A DNA stretch of 64,000 nt from Escherichia coli (GTDB taxonomy: Bacteria; Pseudomonadota; Gammaproteobacteria; Enterobacterales; Enterobacteriaceae): NCBI RefSeq assembly GCF_030013595.1, contig NZ_CP122770.1. One strand, given 5' to 3'. Made by a program: the position numbers and the translations under genes. This document shows, piece by piece, positions 1 through 8,926 of this stretch (within the stretch, counting starts at the first letter, position 1; every line of letters starts with the position of its first letter). The notes under the pieces were generated by a model. It was not told the DNA's origin. It searched no databases and worked only from the letters and a program-made list of their open reading frames with translations.

Positions 1-89
1 CGCCCCTGAATGGCAAATGAAACGGGAAATGTTGAGTCAGTGTTATACAACTAAATGGCGAGATATTCCCCTGGCCAGGCTGGGTTAGT

Positions 90-506
90 TCAGTCATCTC
101 CGAACATATTTTCAGCGTTTCTTCTGGTCTGGTCTTCACCGTCATTTCTCGACAGACTCTGCTCTGTAAGAGGAGTACTGCAATCCACAGACGTATGGAG
201 ACCAGATTGTTTTTCCAGTAATTCAAGCAATTTCTTTTCAACCGAAAAAGCACCTGGTATCACGCTGGAAATCACCTTATTAATATCATCCAGAGTCGTA
301 TTTTCTGTCAGTAACTCCGATATCAGCAAAGGAAGACGTTTATCTATAGCTGCAAACGCCGCACCAGTAACTAACATCGCGCGCATGAAACGTCCCCGCT
401 CCTTCAGTTTTTCATTTGCAATGAGCTCATCTGCTATCTTATCTCCTGTCCGTTCATCCGGGAAAAGTTCAAATGAGCAGCGTCTGGATTTATTTTCATC
501 ACTCAT
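90..506 (-). CDS. parR: ParR/StbB-like centromere-binding adaptor of a type II (ParMR) partition system
   Basis: 138-aa ORF directly downstream of the ParM-like gene with a short start/stop overlap (499-506); N-terminal region follows the ParR(R1)/StbB(R100) pattern (..DKI..ERGR..RA.L..G...ELLT..TT..DI..). Confidence 0.6.
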   Translation of the reverse strand: MSDENKSRRCSFELFPDERTGDKIADELIANEKLKERGRFMRAMLVTGAAFAAIDKRLPLLISELLTENTTLDDINKVISSVIPGAFSVEKKLLELLEKQSGLHTSVDCSTPLTEQSLSRNDGEDQTRRNAENMFGDD

Positions 507-1478
507 TAGTCACACCACCTTTCATTTTTATCATTCCCATGACTAAATCAAACTGCGGGGATGAGCTCAGATAAAAGCGCTCATCAGGAACCTTAGTCAG
601 GTTCTTCACAGCCTCGGCCACAATTTCAGCCCCACCACCAACACACATTACATGTGTATAGTCGGTGAAACGGCTGATGACATCATTAACTCGTTTAATA
701 AGCAACTTCTGCCGTTCATTGATAACATTAATGATAGACTCACGCTGTTCAGCATTATAAATGCGACGGGAAAGGTAGTCAGGTTCATTACGGTGCACAA
801 TGATATTGTCAGCCTGGAATGAGCTCACTCTTGTATTAGCATGTACAGCCATCTGTTCCTTAACCCCGGATGTAATCAGGGACACGCCGATATTTGGATC
901 ACACCAGGTTTTTGTAATCCCTGTCATTTTGCTACGAACATGCGACACATCAAGAGTTGTACCACCGAGATCTACGATCAAAAGGGATTCATCATCCTCA
1001 AGCCCCGCAAGAACACTGAAACCAGCGGGAATACTTTCAGGAAGAACGGAAACACTGCGAATAACAAATGCATCACTCCCCTGCACCCGTACTTCACGCA
1101 TCACATTTTTTTCTTTCTTTCAATGTTTTGCTTATTTTTCTGATTGTTGGCGTCAAGGTATTCAGAGATCGGCAATGTGACGATGACATCAACAGGCTGC
1201 GCTTTCAGGCCGGTCTGCTGTAGCGCATGCTGAATGGCCACAACATTCACATCACTGTACTGATAGCGTGTTTCAGTCGTTACGACAGCATCAGCACTTA
1301 ATGGATCAAATGAAAACTTCTCGCCGTCGATCTCGTAATTAGCCGGGGCAGCATCATCCAGTAAACTAAAAGACCATTCCGGTTTAAAGCTGTTAGGGCT
1401 GATTAACGTTTTCACGTCACCATCCTCCAACCAGGCAAGTTTAATGTTGGTAGAACCATCATCAATAAAGATTTTCAT
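499..1478 (-). pseudogene. parM: ParM/StbA actin-like segregation ATPase, reading frame broken by a -1 shift in an A7 homopolymer
   Basis: N-terminal ORF ([16 protein letters not shown]..., start 1478 after GGAG RBS) ends ..NIERKKKM* at 1101; the C-terminal ORF continues in another frame (REVRVQGSDAF..LPESIPAGF..DLGGTTLD..). Both halves match ParM of R1 in order; adding one A to the run at 1106-1112 restores a roughly 326-aa protein. Confidence 0.75.
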
Positions 1479-1559
1479 AACCAGTCTCCGTTGCTCATAA
1501 ACAAATAGAAAAAACAAACATGCTTCATACATGCAATGTATATTCAATTATAATGAAAA

Positions 1560-1720
1560 AACGGTCTTTCTGAAAGGACAAATGCAACATAAAAACACGA
1601 TAAATTGCATGTACATTGTACACACAACTTTAAGACCAGAGGAAATCATAGATACAAAAACATTATGAAGGTTATATGTGATACATAAATGCAATATAAA
1701 AACATCGTGGACATCATGGT
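1560..1720. promoter_or_regulatory. parC-like centromere/promoter region upstream of parM with direct and inverted AATGCAAYATAAAAACA repeats
   Basis: Repeats AAATGCAACATAAAAACACGA (about 1580) and AAATGCAATATAAAAACATCG (about 1688) plus inverted ATTGCAT copies, in the position where ParMR systems carry parC. Confidence 0.4.
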
Positions 1721-1891
1721 TCAGGTTAGGGGAAAAGGAATGAAATGGTGAAACTGAGAGGAAAGGAAAGCGGTGACGAATCATGTCACCATAAACAGAA
1801 AGATGTCTAATGGGGACTCTTTAGGTACGTGAAGAATCCCCATAACGCATTTAAAAGACACACATCAGATACCCTTAAGGTATCCGATAGT

Positions 1892-2200
1892 TTATTGACC
1901 TATTGCACCATCACGTTCAAGCTTCTCTCTTATAGCCTCAATAATATATGAGCTAAAATCCAGAGATGTTTTACTGGTCGCTTTAAGTTCCGCATGAGCT
2001 TCAAAATACGACAGCGGTATGGCCTTAAGATTCTTAGCCTTCGTCCTGGCAGCCACGGGACGACCTGAAACTTCCTCTGCACCTTCATTTGGCTGAGACG
2101 GGGCTGTTGCTGTTACGGCAGAAGAAGAAGTTTGTAATCTGGCAGAATCCACCAGGTTTTTCAGTTTTTCAGCCTGTGCACTAAATTTCGCTTTGCTCAT
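1892..2200 (-). CDS. ParG-like small ribbon-helix-helix centromere-binding protein (partner of the ParA-type ATPase)
   Basis: 102-aa ORF immediately downstream of the ParA-like gene; C-terminal KAIPLSYFEAHAELKA..IIEAIREKL resembles an RHH fold; layout matches type Ib parFG/parAB operons. Confidence 0.5.
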   Translation of the reverse strand: MSKAKFSAQAEKLKNLVDSARLQTSSSAVTATAPSQPNEGAEEVSGRPVAARTKAKNLKAIPLSYFEAHAELKATSKTSLDFSSYIIEAIREKLERDGAIGQ

Positions 2201-2286
2201 GAGATAACCCAGGATGTTTGTTAGATACTTAAAAGATATCCATTAAAAGCCCAAAGGATACTATATGGATACCCAATAGACACACC

Positions 2287-2931
2287 TTACTGTTTGTTAT
2301 TTTCAATCAGATGATTGATTTCTTCGATCAGGGCAATAACTTCCTTACCTCCTGCCGAATAGCGCCCATGAACAGACTCAGTGATTCCCATCCCAGTCTC
2401 AATGACATCCTCAAATTCTGCACGAGCAGAAATGCGGCTCTTCATCAGCTTCAGATGTTTGAACGATGGCAGGATTGCATCAAGCTTAGGGAATTTCTTC
2501 TTGTTAGGATTAACTTTACAGAGATACAGGTGAGCAGTTATATCGGTCCCCATGATAGAGCTGATTTCGTCCAGTACTCCATCAAAATGCATCAAACCAA
2601 TACGTTCAGTCAGGGAGTCTTTTGAAGGGACAATAACGCAGTCTGCAAAGGCAATCGCAGTACGGGTAAGATCTGAGTCAAATCCCCCACAGTCAATAAG
2701 TAACGTCTTATCGCTGTTCTTGTAGGGAGTCATAATTTCGATTAACTCATCCACTGTTTTGGGTACTTTCACGGAAATTTCTTTTCCTTCAGGTCTCAGC
2801 CCCAGAATGATAGAAAGCCCGGTATGAGTATCCAGATCAACTGTATCAGACTTCATTTCACCAACAATGTTTACGGATGAAGTTGTCTTACCCACACCAC
2901 CTTTGGGATGCGTATTAGCAATAACAGGCAT
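2287..2931 (-). CDS. parA: ParA/ParF-family partition ATPase (small type Ib Walker-type ATPase)
   Basis: Deviant Walker A box KGGVGKTT near the N-terminus (MPVIANTHPKGGVGKTT), about 214 aa, GGAG RBS 9 nt upstream of the ATG at 2931. Confidence 0.85.
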   Translation of the reverse strand: MPVIANTHPKGGVGKTTSSVNIVGEMKSDTVDLDTHTGLSIILGLRPEGKEISVKVPKTVDELIEIMTPYKNSDKTLLIDCGGFDSDLTRTAIAFADCVIVPSKDSLTERIGLMHFDGVLDEISSIMGTDITAHLYLCKVNPNKKKFPKLDAILPSFKHLKLMKSRISARAEFEDVIETGMGITESVHGRYSAGGKEVIALIEEINHLIENNKQ

Positions 2932-2983
2932 AGTGTATCTCCAGAATCCACATGTAATACCCATAAAGCCCCCATAAGACACC

Positions 2984-3100
2984 TTTCGGATATCCAAGAG
3001 GTACTCAATAGATGTTTTTTTACTCTATACCGGTCCTGCATGTCAACAGAATATGAAATACCGATAATATATCCATGAGATATCCGAAAGGGATTTAAAA
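2984..3100. promoter_or_regulatory. GGATAYC-type repeats upstream of the ParA-like operon (candidate type Ib centromere/operator)
   Basis: CGGATATCCAAG (2990), ATATATCCATGAGATATCCGAAAG (3068-3090); related copies at 2232-2275 (AAGATATCC, GGATACTATATGGATACC) and 1879 (GGTATCCGATAG). Confidence 0.35.
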
Positions 3101-3110
3101 AAGTCAGAGC

Positions 3111-3890
3111 TTATGGAATTCTTTTGAGCATAGACACCGCATCGGACTCAGGCATCGAAAACTGCACCCGGTGCCGTGCAGCCACATCCAGTGCAAACAC
3201 CTTCGTGTAGACCTCCGTTGAGCTGATGGACTTATGCCCCATCAGACTCTGCAGGACCTTCAGCGGTATACCGGCATACAGCATATGCATCGCATAGGAA
3301 TGGCGGAACGTATGTGGCGTGACCGGGACAGAGAACGTCACACCATCAGCGGCAGCGGCGGCAACCGCCTCCCCAATCCAGGTCCTGACCGTTCTGTCCG
3401 TCACTTCCCAGATCCGCGCTTTCTCTGTCCTGCCTGTTCGTTTATTACGCCGTTCCATGGGGATTTTCAGTGTGGCCACCATCGTCTGCAGCTGGCTGAC
3501 GTACCAGGCGTCGGAGAGCGGAACCAGCCGGTGAGTCTGCTGACCGGCGGGCATTCTTCCTGCCGTCCTGGCGGCTTTTTCGGTCCGCTGCTTCAGAGTG
3601 GCCAGCTGCACAAACGGATACGGAGGCGTGAGCGAAAAATCCCCCCGCGTCAGCGCCAGTGCTTCATTAATGCGCGCACCGGTGTTCCACAGTGTGGCCA
3701 GCAGCATCTTGCGGCGCAGATCCGGGACGTAATGGAGCAGGGCGCTCACTTCAGGGGCCAGCAGGTATTTTGGCAGTTCATCATGAACCATCGACATCTG
3801 GCGGAGTGCCAGCGCTGCCGGATAATCGATGGCAACAGGAAGCTGAGCGGCATCCCGGGCATGGTGGATCGGTGCCGGCAGGTGCTGCAT
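3111..3890 (-). CDS. resD: Tyrosine site-specific recombinase, ResD-like plasmid multimer resolvase (phage integrase family)
   Basis: C-terminal catalytic region HTFRHSYAMHML...LMGHKSISSTEVYT (R..HxxR..Y signature); likely start MQHLPAPIHH at 3890; the close resemblance to F-plasmid ResD is from memory. Confidence 0.75.
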   Translation of the reverse strand: MQHLPAPIHHARDAAQLPVAIDYPAALALRQMSMVHDELPKYLLAPEVSALLHYVPDLRRKMLLATLWNTGARINEALALTRGDFSLTPPYPFVQLATLKQRTEKAARTAGRMPAGQQTHRLVPLSDAWYVSQLQTMVATLKIPMERRNKRTGRTEKARIWEVTDRTVRTWIGEAVAAAAADGVTFSVPVTPHTFRHSYAMHMLYAGIPLKVLQSLMGHKSISSTEVYTKVFALDVAARHRVQFSMPESDAVSMLKRIP

Positions 3891-3891
3891 A

Positions 3892-4305
3892 TCAGTGTTC
3901 ACTCCACGGGGAAACGTCGGGCAGTTTTTCCACAACCCGGTACTTTCCCGGATAACGGAGCTGGTTACCGCCACGCGTCCAGACGGTGACAACAAAACCC
4001 CCGCCCTGGTTGTTTTCGGGGAGCAGGCGATCGCACTGCTCACTCAGCATGTGGATCACGAACGGCGCATCGCTGCCGTCTTCAAATACCAGTTCCAGCG
4101 CATCGCGGCCATCCAGCGTTCCCTTACTGATGATGACGTACTCAGCCCCCCGCATCTCCCTGAGTAAATGTTTTGCCGCATCCGGGACAAGCAGCCTGGC
4201 TGCGCCGGCATTCCAGCTTAGGTAGACATATCCGGCCTGCGCCTGTACAGACTGCCAGTAATCCGTTCCGGCGACAGCCTGACCTTCATTCTCAATAAAA
4301 AACAT
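3892..4305 (-). CDS. Hypothetical protein, translationally coupled upstream partner of the tyrosine recombinase
   Basis: 137-aa ORF starting MFFIENEGQAVAG with AAGGAG RBS; its stop (3892-3894) lies 1 nt before the recombinase ATG; no family recognised. Confidence 0.5.
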   Translation of the reverse strand: MFFIENEGQAVAGTDYWQSVQAQAGYVYLSWNAGAARLLVPDAAKHLLREMRGAEYVIISKGTLDGRDALELVFEDGSDAPFVIHMLSEQCDRLLPENNQGGGFVVTVWTRGGNQLRYPGKYRVVEKLPDVSPWSEH

Positions 4306-4388
4306 GGGTGACTCCTTTTTTCTTTTCCGGGCAGGGACGGTCATGCGATAACGTCATCCGTCATCACTGCCCTTACCGTCACGCCGTC

Positions 4389-4411
4389 TGATAACATCAT
4401 GCCGTTATCAT
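4389..4411. promoter_or_regulatory. Inverted repeat TGATAAC-N8-GTTATCA, candidate recombination (res/rfs-like) site or operator
   Basis: Perfect 7-bp arms with an 8-bp spacer in the intergenic region upstream of the recombinase operon; a further GATAAC copy follows at about 4421. Confidence 0.25.
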
Positions 4412-4746
4412 CATCACCATGATAACAAGCATCCATATAACCACGCCGTTAAATTACCGGAGAGCCGCTTCCGTCAGATCCGACTTTCCTGAATATCACA
4501 ACTTTCCGGAAGTGTATCACGCTGAGGAAATAATCATATCGCTGTTTTCCGCCCCTGCGCGGCGCATCACAGGTCAGGGAGATGACACAACATATAGTGT
4601 CATCAGCAGCTGAATCAGGCACCACATGTTGTGCTGACGGGAGGTGGCGTTGTGTGGGGGGAGTGGGAGATCCGTCTCCGCCGGAAACCGGATCTGCGCG
4701 GCGGGAAACGGGCAAACGATATGATAATTAAGCAACACACATAAAA

Positions 4747-4795
4747 TCATATCAGATATGATTTTCATCGTTAAAAATTAAACAATATCTGATAT
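4747..4795. promoter_or_regulatory. Pair of palindromic ATATCWGATAT operator-like sites upstream of the 4874 operon
   Basis: ATCATATCAGATATGAT (4747-4763) and AATATCTGATATT (4783-4795), with further TCAGATA half-sites up to 4865. Confidence 0.3.
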
Positions 4796-4873
4796 TATCA
4801 GAAATCAGGAGCACACAAATCATGCAGGATATGATTTTTACCTGTCAGAACATTATCAGATGGAGCGTGCAGG

Positions 4874-5131
4874 ATGGATCAGGAAATGACGTTTTCACTC
4901 AGCTATGAACAACTGACCCGGTTTGCGGAAAAACGCATCCGGGAATGCAATCTGGACAGCCAGGGCGCGATTTATCTCTGCGAGTCAGCCAAAGCCGGAG
5001 CCGTGCTGATCTTCTGGCATGAACTGGCCATAAATGGCTATGCCTCAATGAATGCCATAAAGAGACAGGAGCTCATTGACGCCGACTTTCAGCGCCTCAG
5101 AAACCTCATCTGGCCGGAGGATGACAGGTAA
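4874..5131 (+). CDS. Hypothetical 85-aa protein, first gene of a two-gene module
   Basis: ORF with GGAG RBS; its stop overlaps the start of the next gene (TAATGA at 5128-5133), suggesting translational coupling. Confidence 0.45.
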   Translation: MDQEMTFSLSYEQLTRFAEKRIRECNLDSQGAIYLCESAKAGAVLIFWHELAINGYASMNAIKRQELIDADFQRLRNLIWPEDDR

Positions 5132-5721
5132 TGACCCAGAGCCGCCGACCGTCGCCACTGCAGCGGAGAGTGCTGATTGTGCTGGCTGCCCTTGACGAAA
5201 AACGGCCGGGTCCCGTGCTGACGCGGGACCTGGAACGGGTGCTGGAGCGAAGCGGGGAAGCCCCGGTCTACGGGCCAAACCTGCGCGCCTCCTGCCGTCG
5301 TCTGGAGAATGCCGGCTGGCTGCGTACCCTGCGCGCTCCGAACCTGCAGCTGGCAGTGGAGCTGACGGACGCCGGCCGGGCCGTGGCACAGCCTCTGCTG
5401 CTGGCAGAACAGGACCGCCTCCGGGCAGAACAGCGTGCGGCAGAAGTCGTCGTACTGCCGCTGGTCCCGGCAGCAGGTCTGCCCGCAGACGGCACTTCTG
5501 CCACTGATCTGGCGGTGGAGCTGAACGGCATGACGTATCAGGCCTGCCGTGGGGATTTTGTGGTACGTCTCGACGGCAGCACCTGTCTGCAGTTATGGAA
5601 TAAAGAAGGCAGGGTGGTACGCCTGGAGGGCGATCCGCTGGAAGTGGCGCAGTGGCTGCAGGCCTGTCACGATGCCGGAATGGAGGTTCGTGTACAGGTT
5701 AATGAAAGCGTCACCCCGTAA
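5131..5721 (+). CDS. Hypothetical 196-aa protein with an N-terminal winged-helix-like DNA-binding region; markedly GC-rich
   Basis: N-terminal LQRRVLIVLAALDEKRPGPVLTRDLERVLERSG..RRLENAGWLRT resembles MarR/wHTH domains; GC content visibly higher than neighbouring genes. Confidence 0.5.
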   Translation: MTQSRRPSPLQRRVLIVLAALDEKRPGPVLTRDLERVLERSGEAPVYGPNLRASCRRLENAGWLRTLRAPNLQLAVELTDAGRAVAQPLLLAEQDRLRAEQRAAEVVVLPLVPAAGLPADGTSATDLAVELNGMTYQACRGDFVVRLDGSTCLQLWNKEGRVVRLEGDPLEVAQWLQACHDAGMEVRVQVNESVTP

Positions 5722-5738
5722 AAACATACCAGCACGGT

Positions 5739-5954
5739 TTACACGTTATCCCATGGTGGCAGCAGGTTAACTTTCCTGCGCCACCAGTGGAAAGAGGCCA
5801 TGAGCAGTCCGAACAAAAAACCACCCGTGATACTTATAATAATGGCCTCACCTGCCACCATTCCTGACGGCCCCCAGTAGATAAACCACATTGCACATCC
5901 CCAGGAAATGCCCCATAAGCTCCCCATCAACAGCGTGACCTGCCAGAACGGCAT
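5739..5954 (-). pseudogene. 3' portion of a small inner-membrane protein gene split by the IS66-family insertion
   Basis: 71-aa hydrophobic ORF abutting the IS end; after removing the IS and one copy of the target duplication, the minus-strand frame joins in phase with an upstream segment (..MDSKKMWRSNYA, ATG at 8759) to give a roughly 100-aa two-TM protein. Confidence 0.5.
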
Positions 5955-6048
5955 AAAGGGTAATGGCGGAAGCCGGATACCCAGCCGCCAGAGAATACGC
6001 AGAAGAGGAGGGGCATAAGTAAGCGGCTCGCCAGAACCGTATTGATAT

Positions 6049-7620
6049 TTACTGAGAGGTCAGATCAACTTTCCAGGGCAACAGATCGCGTACCCGGTTT
6101 GCCGGCCAATCCTGGATATGCTCAATGACGTAACGCAGCCATTTTTCTGGTTCCACATTGTTCAGACGGCATGTGCCGATCAGCGAGTACAACACCGCCG
6201 CATGTTCGCCACCGCTGTCGGAACCCGCGAAGAGCCAGTTTTTCCGGCCTACGGCCACTCCCCGTAAGGCGTTCTCTGCGATGTTGTTGTCGATTTCCAC
6301 CCAGCCATTACTGCAGTACACGTTCAGGGCCTCCCACTGTTTCAGCAGGTATGCGAACGCTTTTGCCGTATCCGAGTGACGCGACAGTGTTTTCATCTGT
6401 TCCTGTATCCAGTCATACAGTGACTGCATCAGTGGAGCCGCTCTGGCTTTTCTTGCTGCCAGACGCTGTTCTGCTGAACATCCCCGGACTTCTGCCTCGA
6501 TGACATACAGTTCACCGATACGCTGCAGGGCTTCCGTGGTGATGTCGGTTGGCACTCTTGCATGCACATCGTGGATTTTTCTCCGGGCATGGGCCATACA
6601 CGCGGCTTCCGTTATTCTGCCGGATTCGTATAACGCCCGGTAACCACCGTAAGCATCTGCCTGAAGCACACCGCTGTAACCGGCCAGGTGATTCTGTGGA
6701 TGGATACCTTTCCGGTCCGGGCTGTACGCGAACCAGACCGCCGGGGGCATCTGTGAACCGGCGTTACGGTCATCACGGACATAGACCCACAGCCGGGCAG
6801 TTCTTGTTTTACCACTGCCCGGCTCCTGGACCGGAACGGGGATATCATCCGCATGGACTTTACCGGGCATCAGCACATACTGGCGCAGCACGTCATACAG
6901 CGGCTCCAGCAGTTCAGCAACGGCACCGGTCCAGCGCCCCAGCGTGGCGCGGCTCAGTTCCACGCCCTGACGAAGGTATATTTCTGACTGGCGGTATAAC
7001 GGCAGATGGTCTGCATACTTCCCGGTGACGATATGAGCCAGAAGCCCCGCTCCGGCATAACTGCGTGCAATGGGTTTTGAAGGTACTGGTGCCTGCACGA
7101 TATGGTCGCACCGGCAACAGGCCAGTTTCGGACGTTGTGTTTCGATAACCTTAAAAGCGCTGCTGATAAGCTCCAGTTGCTCTGACACATCACACCCCAG
7201 AGGACTGAGGTCACCACCACAGGCCGGGCAGCATTCCTCTTCCGGCCGGATGACCCGGGTTTCACGGGGAAGTGAGGCCGGTAACGGCTTACGGGCTGAA
7301 GACTGGCGCAGGGCGGATGGCAGTACCGGGTCATATTGCTCATCCAGCGTTTCCGCCATTTCTTCCTGAAGTGCGCTGATTCGCTCCTGGGCTTCCTGTA
7401 TCTGCCGTTCGGTTTTAGCGCGAAGTTTTTCTGAGCTTTTACCGAACTGCATGCGCTGCAGTTTCGCAACCAGCGCCTTCAGCCGGTTGATTTCGGAAGC
7501 ATAAGCCGCCACCCGCTGTGAGAGCAGGCGGTTGTATTTCGCCATCTGGCGGATGGTGTCCTGTTGCGTCTGCAACAGTGCCCGCAGGCGGGCATTCTCA
7601 TGAGCAAGTGAGGTGTCCAT
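6049..7620 (-). CDS. tnpC: IS66-family transposase TnpC
   Basis: 523-aa protein with the zinc-finger-like CCPACGG..CCRCDH segment and conserved central and C-terminal regions typical of IS66 TnpC. Confidence 0.9.
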   Translation of the reverse strand: MDTSLAHENARLRALLQTQQDTIRQMAKYNRLLSQRVAAYASEINRLKALVAKLQRMQFGKSSEKLRAKTERQIQEAQERISALQEEMAETLDEQYDPVLPSALRQSSARKPLPASLPRETRVIRPEEECCPACGGDLSPLGCDVSEQLELISSAFKVIETQRPKLACCRCDHIVQAPVPSKPIARSYAGAGLLAHIVTGKYADHLPLYRQSEIYLRQGVELSRATLGRWTGAVAELLEPLYDVLRQYVLMPGKVHADDIPVPVQEPGSGKTRTARLWVYVRDDRNAGSQMPPAVWFAYSPDRKGIHPQNHLAGYSGVLQADAYGGYRALYESGRITEAACMAHARRKIHDVHARVPTDITTEALQRIGELYVIEAEVRGCSAEQRLAARKARAAPLMQSLYDWIQEQMKTLSRHSDTAKAFAYLLKQWEALNVYCSNGWVEIDNNIAENALRGVAVGRKNWLFAGSDSGGEHAAVLYSLIGTCRLNNVEPEKWLRYVIEHIQDWPANRVRDLLPWKVDLTSQ

Positions 7621-7639
7621 ATCCTCACTTTACAACGGG

Positions 7640-7987
7640 TTATATGCGGATGCCAGCGCGTTCCGTTCGTTTCGGGTGCTTCCAGTCGATGCCTTCGAGA
7701 AGCATGGACAACTGAGCCGGAGTAAGGTGAACCTTTCCATCGCGGGTGACCGGCCAGACGAAGCGGCCCCGCTCCAGGCGTTTGGTGAAGAGGCACAGTC
7801 CGTCACTGTCAGCCCACAGCACTTTTATCTGGTCACCCCGGCGTCCGCGGAAGATGAACAGATGCCCGGAGAACGGGTCATCCTTCAGGACGTTCTGAAC
7901 TTTTGAGGCCAGGCCGTTAAAGCCATTTCGCATATCGGTGATACCGGCAACCAGCCAGATACGCGAACCGGCAGGGAGAGATATCAT
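7640..7987 (-). CDS. tnpB: IS66-family accessory protein TnpB
   Basis: 115-aa ORF (MISLPAGSRIWLVAGITDMRNGFNGLA...) in the conserved middle position of IS66 elements. Confidence 0.85.
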   Translation of the reverse strand: MISLPAGSRIWLVAGITDMRNGFNGLASKVQNVLKDDPFSGHLFIFRGRRGDQIKVLWADSDGLCLFTKRLERGRFVWPVTRDGKVHLTPAQLSMLLEGIDWKHPKRTERAGIRI

Positions 7988-8637
7988 CAGTGGCTGCTCC
8001 CTTTCATTTCGCGGATAAGTGTCTGTAATAACGCCGGTGTCAGTTCACCTTTCAGCCTGAGAGTTCCGGCCGGCAGAACCAGCTCGCAGCACAGACTGTC
8101 TGGCAGTGTATTTATCTGTTCAGGTATCTGCACTGGTGCCGGGATTTTATTATCCGGCTCCGGAGTTAACGTCACGGGAAGTAGCGATGTTTCATGTTCG
8201 CCGGGCGGTTGCAGGCCACCGTTACGCCAGAGATGCCGCCAGTTAAAGAGCAGGTTATCGTTAATTCCATTCTCTCGAGCTATTTGTGCGACACAAGCAC
8301 CGGGTAAAAGAGTTTGCTGAACCAGTCTCCATTTAAACTCCGGTGAAAATCGGTTCCGGCGGGGTTTCTCTGCTTTCACAGGCTGAGTCACGGTCGGGGC
8401 TGAAGGGTATCGCCCCGGGAAAAGAGCCCGGGCCAGTTGCCCGCAGGAATATTCACCGGAAAGAGGCCAGTCAGTGAATACCTGGTGAAATCGCCTCACC
8501 AGAGAAAAAATGGCGGTTTTGCTGACACCGGTCTGCGCAGAAATGCGCGGGTACGACAGTGACTCGTCAAATCTCAGCTGTAGCACACGCAGGATCAATT
8601 CCGGATTGTCTGCCAGTACCGCTTTTCGTGCATTCAT
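7987..8637 (-). CDS. tnpA: IS66-family accessory protein TnpA (orf1)
   Basis: 216-aa ORF first in the IS66 operon; its stop overlaps the tnpB start; HTH-like N-terminus. Confidence 0.7.
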   Translation of the reverse strand: MNARKAVLADNPELILRVLQLRFDESLSYPRISAQTGVSKTAIFSLVRRFHQVFTDWPLSGEYSCGQLARALFPGRYPSAPTVTQPVKAEKPRRNRFSPEFKWRLVQQTLLPGACVAQIARENGINDNLLFNWRHLWRNGGLQPPGEHETSLLPVTLTPEPDNKIPAPVQIPEQINTLPDSLCCELVLPAGTLRLKGELTPALLQTLIREMKGSSH

Positions 8638-8926
8638 CTTAAATGTCCCTTTACTGCGAAAATGGACATTAGTATCGGAAACAGGAAAGGGAGGCGAAAG
8701 ACGGTTTAAATGAGACGGTTACGGGCATAATTGCTCCGCCACATCTTTTTGCTGTCCATCAGGGCAATGGCCCGGGCTTTTTTCTGCTCAAAGGTCACAG
8801 GAGCACCTCCGTTCCATGATGTAAACGTGACACAGCTTATTGTTATTGATTATTATTATCATGCTGTGGTTGTGTTGTCATGCATCAGTACACTGACAAA
8901 AGTGCAAAAGAAAGGAAAACAGGCAG

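Larger units (their letters stand above)
6019..8722 (-). mobile_element. IS66-family insertion sequence (tnpA-tnpB-tnpC), 2704 bp, with 8-bp target site duplication
   Basis: Three-ORF IS66 layout; imperfect terminal inverted repeats starting GTAAGCGGCTCGCCAGAACCG (6019) and GTAACCGTCTCATTTAAACCG (reverse complement at 8722); direct repeat GGGCATAA at 6011-6018 and 8723-8730. Confidence 0.8.

Noticed and set aside
3234-3989. 251-aa plus-strand ORF overlapping the recombinase gene
   Set aside because: Antisense shadow ORF inside a confidently assigned tyrosine recombinase; no RBS or family signal.
3892-4870. ccdA/ccdB toxin-antitoxin expected upstream of resD by analogy with the F plasmid
   Set aside because: Neither the 137-aa ORF nor the intergenic region encodes CcdA- or CcdB-like sequences.
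5045-5531. Minus-strand ORFs (114 and 87 aa) inside the GC-rich 196-aa gene
   Set aside because: Typical high-GC shadow frames; arginine/alanine/proline-rich low-complexity translation.
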